DNA of 64,000 nucleotides from Acidobacteriota bacterium. Its GTDB lineage: Bacteria > Acidobacteriota > UBA6911 > RPQK01 > JADFOI01. The notes below the pieces were generated by a model. The model made no database searches. It saw only the letters and a program-made list of their open reading frames with translations, and had not been told where the DNA came from. Shown piece after piece: positions 48,757 to 58,512 of this stretch; position 1 is the first letter of the stretch; each line of letters starts with the position of its first letter. The position numbers and the translations under genes are program-made. Location of the stretch: the NCBI GenBank assembly GCA_963663035.1, contig OY760074.1:2426967-2490966 (forward strand), given 5' to 3'.

Positions 48757-50679
48757 ATGTGTGGAATTTGCGGGATTGTTCTAGATCAGGAAAGCAAAGA
48801 GGCCGATCTCAAGAGCCTACAGTCCATGAGAGAGGCACTGTTTCACCGCGGACCGGATGATCATGGATCATATCTGAAAGGTAATGTGGGCTTGGCCATG
48901 CAGCGGCTCAGCATTATCGACTTGGCAGGAGGACACCAACCGATCCATAACGAGGACCAGACTGTTTGGGTGGTCTTCAACGGTGAAATCTACAATTTCC
49001 AGGAATTGCGGAAAGAATTGATCGGTAAAGGGCATCACTTCTCCACCAGGAGTGATACGGAAGTCATTGTCCATCTCTACGAAGAATCCGGCGTCGACTG
49101 TGTGAAGAGACTTCGGGGGATGTTCGCTTTTGCGCTGTGGGACACGAGAAGGAAGACTCTGCTTCTTGCCAGGGACCGTTTGGGCATCAAACCCCTTTAC
49201 TATTACCACCGGAACGGATGTTTTCTCTTTGCCTCGGAGATAAAGGCATTGATTCAACACCCCGCAGTTGAGCGCCAGGTGAGTATGAGGGGACTGGACT
49301 GCTACTTCACTTATGGCTACATCCCAGCCCCTGAAACCATCTTCAAAGATATCTACAAACTGAGTCCGGCTGCAACTCTCTCGCTGCAACAGGGTCATGT
49401 CTCGAAGCAAAAATATTGGGATCTGGACTATACAGACACACTGCAGGGCGATCCTGAGGAGTTGAGCCAGGAGCTCCTGGAGCGCTTGCGAGATTCGGTC
49501 CGGCGTCATTTGGTAAGCGACGTGTCTGTGGGGGCCTTCTTGAGCGGAGGGGTAGACTCAAGTGCCATGGTGGCCCTGATGCGCGAGGAAGCGGACCGGC
49601 CCATTAAAACCTTTTCCTTGGGATACCGAGGAAAGGGCGACGAGCTGGGTTATGCCAGATTGGTCTCCAAGCACCTCGAGACCGAGCACCACGAATTTAT
49701 AGTCAGTCCGGATATGACGGAGCTGTTGCCCGAATTGGTTTGGCATCAGGATGAGCCCTTGTTTGATAACTCCATACTCCCTACTTTTCTGGTGTCGAAA
49801 CTGGCCAGAGAGCATGTCAAGGTTGCCTTGTCCGGCGACGGAGGTGATGAGCTGTTTGGAGGATATGAATGGACTCGCCGATATCAATTCATACGATACT
49901 ACAATCAGCTACCTGGAGGTATCAGGACGATCTTACAGAAGCTGTTGTTGAGAGACGGACACGAACCTGCATACCGTTCCGATTTCACGAGTAAGCTGAA
50001 ACGTTTCATCTCTGACACAACCCTATCCTTGGAGGAAGGCTTTGCCCGCAGGACGACCAATTCAGGGCAATTCAGACAGCAGCTTTATTCCGAAGAAACA
50101 AAAAAGGCACTGGATCGTTATGACGCTTTGACTCTTCAGAGCGAGTGCTTCACTCGAGCATCCGTGCAGGATGAGAGAGACAAGATGCTCTATGTGGATA
50201 GCATGCTTTATTTGCCCGATGATTGCCTTTTCAAAGTAGACCGCATGAGCATGGCCAACTCTCTCGAGGTAAGAGTTCCCTTTCTCGACCATGAGTTCGT
50301 AGAGTTCACCAGTCGTCTTCCCTTTTCTGTGAAGGTTTCCGGCCTCACCACGAAGCGAATTCTGAAGAAGGCCCTTGCCAGTCGACTTCCTTCAACAGTC
50401 TTCTCTCAGAGGAAGCAGGGTTTCACCATTCCCATTGCTGATTGGCTGAGGGGAGAGCTGGGTGATCTGGTGGAGAAGATCATTCTACAGGACAGGGCTC
50501 AGGAACGAGGTTTCTTCAATCCAGATTGCTTGCGATGGATGCTCGAAAGCCATCGAAGTCACCGCTACAATTTGAGCTATCAAATCTGGGCGGTATTCAT
50601 CTTCGAGATCTGGGCAAGACTGTATCTGGACCGGACAGATCTGACCAAACCCGAAGCAACTCTGAAAGACCTACTTTAG
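48757..50679 (+). CDS. Asparagine synthase (glutamine-hydrolysing) family amidotransferase (AsnB/WbpS-like)
   Basis: MCGICGIV (N-terminal nucleophile Cys2) and the SGGVDSS PP-loop. Confidence 0.9.
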   Translation: MCGICGIVLDQESKEADLKSLQSMREALFHRGPDDHGSYLKGNVGLAMQRLSIIDLAGGHQPIHNEDQTVWVVFNGEIYNFQELRKELIGKGHHFSTRSDTEVIVHLYEESGVDCVKRLRGMFAFALWDTRRKTLLLARDRLGIKPLYYYHRNGCFLFASEIKALIQHPAVERQVSMRGLDCYFTYGYIPAPETIFKDIYKLSPAATLSLQQGHVSKQKYWDLDYTDTLQGDPEELSQELLERLRDSVRRHLVSDVSVGAFLSGGVDSSAMVALMREEADRPIKTFSLGYRGKGDELGYARLVSKHLETEHHEFIVSPDMTELLPELVWHQDEPLFDNSILPTFLVSKLAREHVKVALSGDGGDELFGGYEWTRRYQFIRYYNQLPGGIRTILQKLLLRDGHEPAYRSDFTSKLKRFISDTTLSLEEGFARRTTNSGQFRQQLYSEETKKALDRYDALTLQSECFTRASVQDERDKMLYVDSMLYLPDDCLFKVDRMSMANSLEVRVPFLDHEFVEFTSRLPFSVKVSGLTTKRILKKALASRLPSTVFSQRKQGFTIPIADWLRGELGDLVEKIILQDRAQERGFFNPDCLRWMLESHRSHRYNLSYQIWAVFIFEIWARLYLDRTDLTKPEATLKDLL

Positions 50680-50685
50680 AACAGG

Positions 50686-52203
50686 ATGTTTAAGAGCGTA
50701 CTCAATGAGAGCCGGCTACCGTATCTTTTTGTTTGCATTTTTTTGCTGCAGGCCGTGATCTTCATTGACTACACGGTGGATGATGCCTTTATTACTTTCA
50801 GGTATTCCAGGAATCTGATCAGCGGACTGGGACTGGTTTTCACCGCGGGGGAAAGAGTAGAGGGAATCACCAATTTCATGTGGATGCTTCTCATGGCAGG
50901 GCCGATAAAGGCAGGTGTGGACCCCGTACAGGCATCCAAGGTTTTGGGGCTTGCCTCATCTGCTCTACTCATTCTAGCTCTGTGGAAAATCTTGGAGAAG
51001 GAGGGAGTCGGACTGGCTGCACGAACTCTTTCGACTATGCTTCTGGCCCTGGATGGGAGCCTTGTGCTGTGGAGTGTGGGGGGGTTGGAAACATCGTTTT
51101 TTACGCTGCTCTGTTTTGTCGGATCGGCGCTTGCCATCGCCAATAGACCGGGCCAGCGGCTGTATGTCATTTCAGGTCTATTGCTTGGAGTTGGATTTCT
51201 GACTCGACCTGAAGCCGCCATTTTCATTGCTCTTGTGTTTGTCTTCCTGCTTCTCGAGCCGAACAAAACGGAAGCGGAGAAGAAAGGATTACGTCGGTGG
51301 GCGCTGACTGTTTTTATCATTGCGGTGACATTTTTGACTTGGCGCTTGATTTACTACGGAGATATTTTCCCGAACACCTTTTACGCCAAGACCGGCAGAG
51401 GACTCACACAGACCCTGGGAGGGGCACGATACATTTATCGGTACTTCATGCTTTACGGAGGGATGCTGACTATTCCCTTGGCTCTCCTGCCCCTAGCTCT
51501 TGGGAAAGCAAAGAGACTGTACAGTTTCTCATTGATAATCGTTTTTAGTTTCTTTGGGTACGTGTTGCTGGTTTCCGGGGCTGATTGGATGATGCTTTTC
51601 AGATTTCTCTTGCCGGCACTGCCTTTCTTGTATCTCACGGTGGGATTCGGTGTGCAGGAGTTTTCCGAAACATTCATCGCAAACATAAGAAGGCCAGCGG
51701 CAGCAGCCTACTTTTTCAGTTTCTGTGGGCTCTTGCTGTCTGTCATGTTTCTCACTTCTACAGTGACTGCAAGATTCCTGCATGATACTGCCCTTCACGG
51801 GATAACCGTATACACTGGGGGTATTCACCGCGATGCAGGTTTATGGCTCAAGAGGAATGCTCCTGCCACCTCATTAATTGCGGTGGCAGATGCGGGCGCG
51901 ATTCCCTATTTCAGTGAAATGCCGACGCTCGACATGAGCGGACTTGCAGACCCCTACCTGGCCAGGATTGCTCCCACCGAACCACGAGGTTTGAGGCTTG
52001 ATCTGGATTACGTATTTAAAAGGGAGCCTGACTTTATACAGCTCTATTCCACCACTGATATCACCCGGCAAGGATTCACCAACTACTATCGCGGCTATGG
52101 AGAACTGTTTGAGCGAGCCCTGCACGAGGGTCAATATGTTCCGGTTGCACCCTACAACAGCGGACCTGGATTGATCATCTTGCGCCGTCAAGACAGGAAC
52201 TAG
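50686..52203 (+). CDS. Polytopic membrane protein, putative GT-C-like glycosyltransferase or polymerase
   Basis: 505 aa with more than 10 TM helices. The first loop carries YTVDDAFITFRYSRNL, an acidic DD motif before a conserved Arg as seen in GT-C enzymes. Tentative. Confidence 0.4.
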   Translation: MFKSVLNESRLPYLFVCIFLLQAVIFIDYTVDDAFITFRYSRNLISGLGLVFTAGERVEGITNFMWMLLMAGPIKAGVDPVQASKVLGLASSALLILALWKILEKEGVGLAARTLSTMLLALDGSLVLWSVGGLETSFFTLLCFVGSALAIANRPGQRLYVISGLLLGVGFLTRPEAAIFIALVFVFLLLEPNKTEAEKKGLRRWALTVFIIAVTFLTWRLIYYGDIFPNTFYAKTGRGLTQTLGGARYIYRYFMLYGGMLTIPLALLPLALGKAKRLYSFSLIIVFSFFGYVLLVSGADWMMLFRFLLPALPFLYLTVGFGVQEFSETFIANIRRPAAAAYFFSFCGLLLSVMFLTSTVTARFLHDTALHGITVYTGGIHRDAGLWLKRNAPATSLIAVADAGAIPYFSEMPTLDMSGLADPYLARIAPTEPRGLRLDLDYVFKREPDFIQLYSTTDITRQGFTNYYRGYGELFERALHEGQYVPVAPYNSGPGLIILRRQDRN

Positions 52204-52215
52204 GCTAACTTTTCC

Positions 52216-53190
52216 ATGTCCAGCGTTGATGCAATAATCGAGACTGCCAATAGGAAGCGAAAGGAGTTCGTCCGCCACAGGAATACTGACTTTTCTCCCC
52301 GAATTCAGGTCATTGAGGGAACCGCTCGTCAGGAAGGTCGCCCTCCAGAGTTATCCATCACTGTCCCCACACTCGAAGGGAGTCGGGGAGGGGTCTTTCA
52401 ATCGCTCCTGGAGCAGATCAAGAAGCAAAGCCTCCAGAACTACGAGCTCATCATAGTGGAGGGAGATCCTCGACAGGGTCGAGCCATCAACACAGGAGCT
52501 GCTCTGGCAAGGGCGGAACTTCTACTGACACTCGACGATGACACCGTCCTGGGTCATGAGAGAGTCTTTGAAACTCTGATCAGGACGATGAGATCCTATC
52601 CGGACATCGGCATGGCTGGGACTTCGAATCTTGTTCCTGAGGATGCCCCCTGGCTGGTGAGAACACTCATGAACCAGATACCCAGGAGGAGTTCAGAACT
52701 GGTTCACGAGATCACCGACAGTGACATGGCGGAACATCCCTGTCTGGCAATCAGAAAATCGGTCTTTTTTGAGATAGGAGGAGAGAACGAATTGATTCCG
52801 CGAGGACTGGACCCTTACTTGAGGGCTGAAGTCAGAAAGGCTGGATACAGGGTTGTGGTTGTGCCCGAGACCTGGATCCATCATTTGCCTCCCAATTCTC
52901 TTCCAGTGGTGATCAGGCAGTTCTTTCGGAATGGTTCCCAAGCAGCATTCTGCAAAAAGCTTTACCCGCAGTGGGTCATTGAAACCCCCGATCAGCATGT
53001 TGGTGAATTCAAAGAAAGAATTTCTTTTAGCAAGAGGCTGGTGAGATATGCCGGAAGGATCTTGTTGGCCGTTGCGAAGGTCCGGTTGCTTTACCTCTTG
53101 GTTTTAATTGTTTACGCACTGGGATACGTCTATGGCTTCATGACGACGAGGGTGGAACAGCAGGAAAGCAAAGAAGGCGGTCTGGAGTGA
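52216..53190 (+). CDS. GT2 family glycosyltransferase
   Basis: ELIIVEGDP...LLTLDDDTVL (DxD motif) and a C-terminal TM helix. Confidence 0.75.
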   Translation: MSSVDAIIETANRKRKEFVRHRNTDFSPRIQVIEGTARQEGRPPELSITVPTLEGSRGGVFQSLLEQIKKQSLQNYELIIVEGDPRQGRAINTGAALARAELLLTLDDDTVLGHERVFETLIRTMRSYPDIGMAGTSNLVPEDAPWLVRTLMNQIPRRSSELVHEITDSDMAEHPCLAIRKSVFFEIGGENELIPRGLDPYLRAEVRKAGYRVVVVPETWIHHLPPNSLPVVIRQFFRNGSQAAFCKKLYPQWVIETPDQHVGEFKERISFSKRLVRYAGRILLAVAKVRLLYLLVLIVYALGYVYGFMTTRVEQQESKEGGLE

Positions 53191-53192
53191 AT

Positions 53193-54803
53193 TTATGATT
53201 CGCGCTGAGCGGGTCTACGCATTTGGGGCTGTTCATAAATCGCGTCGGTTCCGCGATTGACCAGAATCACCTGTTCGGTGTCGACATCAGACGGTGGTTC
53301 TGTCTCGGTACGGGTCCAGAGTGTCGGAAAGGCCTTTCCCAAGTTTTTGGTCTTGATGACTTTCTGGAGACTTCCCCAGAGCCCATACCAGCGCAACTGG
53401 TCTCGGATATAAATCCCCACTCGCAGCAGGTAGACGATCCATTTGAGCACCCGCGGGCGCCCCTGGGTGAGAGCGAGGCAGGCCTGGAAAAGCCACCTGG
53501 ACAGTCGATCACCCCGGCCAGCGAATCCGCTCATGAGAATCTGAAAGAGAACGATCTGTTCTTTTCTGAGGGTCGGCAACTCCAGTACCGTGCTTTCGTA
53601 ATAGTTCTCCGGCATCTCATCGTCTGTCAGGTATCCTTTCTCCTTGCAGTAATCATGGAGTACCGTGCCTCTCAAGGGATAGAAGATAGTGACCTGAAAG
53701 CTGTCGGGCTGTAACTCGGCCAGCAGCTCAAAGTTCTTGCGGAGGACATCCGCAGTTTCACCTGGCAACCCGACCATGTTAAAGGCATGAGTGTGCAAAC
53801 CATATTTCTTTGCCAGTCGAAAAGCTTCGATGACCTTTCCCTGCGGTGTTTTCCGATCCAGAGTCTCTTTCCTGAAGTCTTCATCTCCGCTTTCCACTCC
53901 TATGGCAACAGCCGCCGCACCAGCCTCACTGATCAACTTCATCTTCTCCTCGGTGATGAGCTCGGGACGCTCCATGAAGGTAAAAGGGATGTTGACCTGA
54001 GAACTGAAGAGATCTCTGATCCTTTCGAGCCTCGGTCTTTGGGTGAGGAAAATCTCATCTACGAAGTAGATGTAATCCAGGCCACCGAGTAATTTCTTTA
54101 ATGCGTGCACCTCCTCGACCATCCGTTCGGGGGATTTCTCACGGCGCCAGGATTTACCTCCGTACATGTTCATCAAGTGGGGACTGCTGCAGTAGGTGCA
54201 GGTAAAAATACATCCTCTACTTCCCTCGAAGGTACCGACGATGTTTGCTCCACTGGCTACACCGCCTTTGAGGTAATGGGAGGTAAAGTGCGCCTCGTCA
54301 AAGATTTGCCAGTCGGGAAAAGGCAACTCTTCGAGATCAATCAAGGGCCGGAGACTATTCTTGTGGACAACACCATTCTCGCGTACCCACACATTTTGAA
54401 CATCCTTCAGGCTCTCTCCCTTTTCCAGCTTCTCAACCAGTTCCAACAGGGCATACTCCCCCTCTCCCTGAACAACGATGTCGAAGGTCTCCATCATCTC
54501 CTGGGCGGCAACTGTGACGTGATGCCCCCCAGCGATAACCGTGATCCCCTCAGGAATCAGTTCCTTGAGTAAACGAACCATTCTCACTTCGTTGCTGCGA
54601 ATGGAAAAGGCAACAAGCTGGGGCTGAAAGTCCTCAAGTTTTTGAACGAAACTTGTTCGTTCATGGCCCGGTTCAACCAGTGTAGTGTCATACAGATCGC
54701 AGTCATGGCCATGAAGTTTCATGACTGCCGAAAGCGAACAGATACCCAGTTGAGGGGTGCGAGCACCCCGCTGGATATTTGGATACACAAACAGAATTTT
54801 CAT
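53193..54803 (-). CDS. B12-binding domain radical SAM protein
   Basis: N-terminal B12-binding-like domain (MKILFVYPN...) plus a CxxxCxxC radical SAM motif (GSRGCIFTCTYCSS). Confidence 0.8.
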   Translation of the reverse strand: MKILFVYPNIQRGARTPQLGICSLSAVMKLHGHDCDLYDTTLVEPGHERTSFVQKLEDFQPQLVAFSIRSNEVRMVRLLKELIPEGITVIAGGHHVTVAAQEMMETFDIVVQGEGEYALLELVEKLEKGESLKDVQNVWVRENGVVHKNSLRPLIDLEELPFPDWQIFDEAHFTSHYLKGGVASGANIVGTFEGSRGCIFTCTYCSSPHLMNMYGGKSWRREKSPERMVEEVHALKKLLGGLDYIYFVDEIFLTQRPRLERIRDLFSSQVNIPFTFMERPELITEEKMKLISEAGAAAVAIGVESGDEDFRKETLDRKTPQGKVIEAFRLAKKYGLHTHAFNMVGLPGETADVLRKNFELLAELQPDSFQVTIFYPLRGTVLHDYCKEKGYLTDDEMPENYYESTVLELPTLRKEQIVLFQILMSGFAGRGDRLSRWLFQACLALTQGRPRVLKWIVYLLRVGIYIRDQLRWYGLWGSLQKVIKTKNLGKAFPTLWTRTETEPPSDVDTEQVILVNRGTDAIYEQPQMRRPAQRES

Positions 54804-54819
54804 CACTTGCGGCTCTCCC

Positions 54820-55016
54820 TAGCCGGGATTATGCATAGGTTTTCGTGACGAAGTGCCGCAGGCGCCGCGATGACAAGGCATGCGAAGGGGTACCCGCTTG
54901 CGGGTCGGGACCCGCAGGCGTACTCATGCAGTACGCCGAGGAGCCCAAGGAAGCATAACGCAGTCAGCGCGGATGATTGCGGCACTGCAGTAGAAAATTT
55001 ATTCATAATCCCGGCT
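54820..55016. repeat. Roughly 200-bp imperfect palindromic element: 14-bp perfect terminal inverted repeats (tagccgggattatg / cataatcccggcta) plus nested inner hairpins
   Basis: Inner hairpins are gtgccgca/tgcggcac, cccgcttgcggg and ggcgtact-catgc-agtacgcc. The element sits in the divergent region between the radical SAM gene and a GT4 gene. Confidence 0.55.
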
Positions 55017-55111
55017 AAACCCTGCTTCTATGTTACAAAATAAGAGGGGCCGACCGTGCAGCCCTCAACAGGAAACGTTACCGTATTGATGGGACGAGGT
55101 ACTGTGGAAGA

Positions 55112-56215
55112 ATGAGAATTCTAGTCATTTGTGATGTTCTGTCTCCGCAGACGGTGGGAGGGGCGGGAAGGTTCGCTCGAGAAGTCACCACGGCTTTCGG
55201 AGAACGGGGTAACGCGGTGGAATTTCTCACTCGACAAGTTTCTGCGAATCGTTCGAGAAACGATGCCAACGATATCAAAACAACCTATTACCCATTTGTG
55301 GGAAAGGCCTTTCCCACTCGTTTTCGAAAGATCTTCAACCAGACCATAAGAGACTTTAAACCTGACCTTGTGCATGTTCATCAACCCCTGCCAGCATTCC
55401 TATTGATTCCATCTTCTTTCTCCCGACCGATCGTCTACACCTTTCACTCCTCCTGGGCGGAGGAGTTTAAGATCAAGTCTTCTCGCTGGCCGCGAGTCTT
55501 CAGAAAGATAGTGAGTCCTTTGCTGGCGGAAGTGGAGAAACGCGCACTCCACCGTGCAACTGCAATAACGGTGCTGAGCGAGTTCTCACAGCGCAAACTG
55601 AAGCGACTTTATAACCGGGAAGGGGTCATAATCCCGGGCGGAGTCAACTCCGAGCGATTTCAACCGATCGAGAAAGTGCAACCCAACCAGACTCTTCGCC
55701 TGGTTACCCTTCGCAACCTGGTCCCACGGATGGGATTACCTCAACTGATCCGCGCCATGAAACTCTTGCCTTCCCACATCGAACTAACGATCGGGGGACA
55801 GGGTCCACTGCGGAATGAGCTAATGGGGCTCATCGGGTCCCTGGGTCTGAGCAAACGAGTGCAATTGGCTGGACACGTGCCGGATGATGATCTTTCTCAT
55901 TTCTATTCGTCGGCCAACTGGTTTGTTCTGCCCACTGTGGCACTGGAAGGATTCGGTCTGGTTATCTTGGAAAGCCTTTCCTGTGGCACTCCGGTGTTGG
56001 GAACAAGGATCGGGGCGATTCCGGAGCTGTTGGAAAAATTCGATCCACAGTGGATCATCAAAGAACCCACTCCGGAGGCCATCGCTGCCACAATACTATC
56101 TGTCAGCGAAAACTCCCCTCCCTCGCCCACCCAGTTGCATGATCGGGTCAGCGCGGAATTCGACTGGAGAAACATTGCCGCGCGCTACCTCGACCTGTTC
56201 GCGAGTCTCATCTAG
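55112..56215 (+). CDS. GT4 glycosyltransferase
   Basis: MRILVICDVLSPQTVGGAGRFAREV...LEGFGLVILESLSCGTPVLGTRIGAIPELL. Confidence 0.8.
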   Translation: MRILVICDVLSPQTVGGAGRFAREVTTAFGERGNAVEFLTRQVSANRSRNDANDIKTTYYPFVGKAFPTRFRKIFNQTIRDFKPDLVHVHQPLPAFLLIPSSFSRPIVYTFHSSWAEEFKIKSSRWPRVFRKIVSPLLAEVEKRALHRATAITVLSEFSQRKLKRLYNREGVIIPGGVNSERFQPIEKVQPNQTLRLVTLRNLVPRMGLPQLIRAMKLLPSHIELTIGGQGPLRNELMGLIGSLGLSKRVQLAGHVPDDDLSHFYSSANWFVLPTVALEGFGLVILESLSCGTPVLGTRIGAIPELLEKFDPQWIIKEPTPEAIAATILSVSENSPPSPTQLHDRVSAEFDWRNIAARYLDLFASLI

Positions 56216-56300
56216 GGAAATGTGGGGACAAAGGGGAAATGTGGGGACAAAGGGGAAATGTGGGGACAAAGGGGAAATGGGGACAAAGGGGAAATGTGGG
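56216..56300. repeat. 19-bp direct tandem repeat GGAAATGTGGGGACAAAGG: three perfect copies, one 17-bp copy and one partial copy
   Basis: Read directly. There are no interspersed spacers, so this is not a CRISPR array. Confidence 0.85.
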
Positions 56301-56364
56301 GACAGACTACCCGTTCACCTTATTTCGGAAATGAGGTGAACGGGTAGTCTGTCCCCACATTTCC
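56290..56364. terminator. Perfect 30-bp stem hairpin with a 15-nt loop; bidirectional terminator candidate between convergent genes
   Basis: ggaaatgtggggacagactacccgttcacc / ggtgaacgggtagtctgtccccacatttcc. Confidence 0.6.
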
Positions 56365-56382
56365 CTCCACCAGCTTCCCCCT

Positions 56383-56613
56383 CTACCTTCTGTCCGCGTC
56401 CTGAGGCTCGTAGAATTCAGGCTGGTGATTGTAAAGATAGGTCCCAAACCACATGAGAAAAAAGGCAATCACGACAATCACCAATAAGACAATCACCTTC
56501 GGCCAGACCCCTCCGCGTCGTGGAGAACCTAGCCTAAAAAGGCCGGAGATCTTTCCCCTGTCTCTCCTTCTCCTGCCTCTACCTCTCCTGTCTCCCTTTC
56601 TCCTCTCTGTCAT
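56383..56613 (-). CDS. Doubtful small ORF (76 aa): an Arg-rich N-terminus plus one TM helix
   Basis: ATGA overlap with the stop of asnB-2. The N-terminus RRGRGRRRRD is encoded by the CT-rich heptamer repeat family, so the ORF may be spurious. Confidence 0.25.
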   Translation of the reverse strand: MTERRKGDRRGRGRRRRDRGKISGLFRLGSPRRGGVWPKVIVLLVIVVIAFFLMWFGTYLYNHQPEFYEPQDADRR

Positions 56614-58496
56614 CCTGTGAGCCTCTTCTCCATCTTTTCATACCACAGCTGAAAGACAAGAAGACCCCACAACTGGTTGGTCTTGCGAACTTTTCCGCTG
56701 AGGTGCTCCTGAAACAGAAAGTTGACCTGTTGTGAATCGAAGAAACCCTGACGATCCAGTCTCTGGGGTGCAAAGTAATGCTCGAACATGGATCGCAGCT
56801 CCTGTTTCATCCAGGTGCCGATGGGAATCATAAAACCCTGCTTCTTCCGGCTGAGGATCTTCGGAGGCAAGTCGTTTTTCAATATTTTTTTCAACAGCTT
56901 CTTCAGGGTAAAGGAGCCTACCTTGCGGTGCCATGGGTGACGAAGCAAGTCCTCTACTAAAAGATGGTCGCAAAAAGGTACTCGAATCTCCAAGGAGTGA
57001 GTCATTCCCATCTGGTCAGCCATATAGAGCAGATCATTCACCAGGTAGGACACCAGATCCACATAAAAGACCTGGTCCACAGGGTTCCACTCCCGAACCG
57101 GCTGAAGTAACTCGTTGAAGTAAGCCTTATCTCGATCCAGTGACGTCAACTTGCTCAGGAACTCCCTGGTGTACAGTGCTCGTCGGTCCTCTGGTGAATT
57201 GAAGCTGACCCACCTGCGATAGCGGTCAAGAGGCTGATCCTCAGGATGTGACAGGAAGCGGCGTGCCCATCCTCCTATGTTTCTACTGGATTCCCCCTCG
57301 GGGATGGCCCTGGACATCCGCGACAAGAGCTTCCGCAAGGCAAGAGGCAACTCCCGGTAACGGGTGTCCCACAAAACGCCCAGGTATCGAGGATAGCCGC
57401 CAAATAACTCGTCGCCGCCGATGCCAGACAATGCCACTTTGACTTGGCCGGCCGTTTGCTGGCTGACGAGATAAGTGGGAATGGCTGAAGAATCGCCAAA
57501 GGGCTCATCCATTGCCTGAACAACATCCAAGATCGTCTGCTGGATGTCGGGCTGGACAACGAACTCGCAGTGCTCAGTCTTGTAATAGTCAGCAACCAGA
57601 CGGCAATACTCCAGTTCATCAAAAGAGGAAAATTGCTCTCCGTAGCCAATAGAAAAGGTCTTCACCGGCTCAGAGGAGCTTTCACTGACCAAGGCAACAA
57701 TGGCACTGGAGTCTATGCCTCCACTCAAAAACACCCCCAGAGGCACGTCACTCATCAGCCGGATCGCCATGGACTCGCGAAGACGTGAATCAATCTGTTT
57801 CTCAAAATCCTCTGCACTTTCCTCTGATAACCGATCAACTGGAGGCTCCCAGTACTGAACAAGTTCATACTCACCTTTTTCATATTCCAGGTAAGTACCA
57901 GGTGGAAGTTTGTAGATGTTTTTGTAGATGGTCCAGGGACAGGGGATGTAGAGAAAACTCTGGTAGAGATCCAGAGCTTCAGGACTCAACTCCAGGGAAA
58001 GTCGCTCCTCTTGAAGCACTGCCTTCAGCTCTGAAGAAAAAATCACTCTTGTTCCCAGAGGAGTGAAATAAAGTGGTTTGACTCCCAAATGATCCCGCGC
58101 CAAAAAGCCTTTCTGCTCTTTTTGATTCCAGATGGCGAAGGCAAAGTCGCCCCTCAAAAATTTGGGGGTCTCCGGCCCCTTTTCTTCAAAGAGATGCAGA
58201 ATAACTTCCGTATCCGTATGCGTCGAAAAGCGATGACCTCGCCCTTCAAGTCCCTCTCTCAGTGTCTGGTAATTATAGATCTCCCCATTGAAGACAATCC
58301 AAAGATCACCCGATTCATTGCTGATCGGCTGATGACCCGTGATCAGGTCAATGATGGTGAGCCGGCGCATACCCAGTGTTGCACCCGGGTTGCTGTAGAC
58401 TCCGTGGTCGTCGGGCCCCCGATGAGTGAGGCACTCATTCATGCGCTCCACCAGAGCAGGGTTTTGTTCCCCAAAGACACCATTAATTCCACACAT
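56610..58496 (-). CDS. Asparagine synthase (glutamine-hydrolysing) family amidotransferase, second copy
   Basis: MCGINGVFG and the SGGIDSS PP-loop. Confidence 0.9.
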   Translation of the reverse strand: MCGINGVFGEQNPALVERMNECLTHRGPDDHGVYSNPGATLGMRRLTIIDLITGHQPISNESGDLWIVFNGEIYNYQTLREGLEGRGHRFSTHTDTEVILHLFEEKGPETPKFLRGDFAFAIWNQKEQKGFLARDHLGVKPLYFTPLGTRVIFSSELKAVLQEERLSLELSPEALDLYQSFLYIPCPWTIYKNIYKLPPGTYLEYEKGEYELVQYWEPPVDRLSEESAEDFEKQIDSRLRESMAIRLMSDVPLGVFLSGGIDSSAIVALVSESSSEPVKTFSIGYGEQFSSFDELEYCRLVADYYKTEHCEFVVQPDIQQTILDVVQAMDEPFGDSSAIPTYLVSQQTAGQVKVALSGIGGDELFGGYPRYLGVLWDTRYRELPLALRKLLSRMSRAIPEGESSRNIGGWARRFLSHPEDQPLDRYRRWVSFNSPEDRRALYTREFLSKLTSLDRDKAYFNELLQPVREWNPVDQVFYVDLVSYLVNDLLYMADQMGMTHSLEIRVPFCDHLLVEDLLRHPWHRKVGSFTLKKLLKKILKNDLPPKILSRKKQGFMIPIGTWMKQELRSMFEHYFAPQRLDRQGFFDSQQVNFLFQEHLSGKVRKTNQLWGLLVFQLWYEKMEKRLTG

Positions 58497-58512
58497 AGTG
58501 GGAACAGAATCT

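Noticed and set aside
54807-55111. A cobalamin riboswitch upstream of the B12-binding radical SAM gene
   Set aside because: Both strands were searched for the B12 box (GCCACTG). Only GGCACTG was found, and the region is better explained by the palindromic promoter-like element. This remains unconfirmed without a covariance-model search.
56216-56300. A possible CRISPR array
   Set aside because: The 19-bp units are directly contiguous with no spacers, and no cas genes are nearby. This is a plain tandem repeat.
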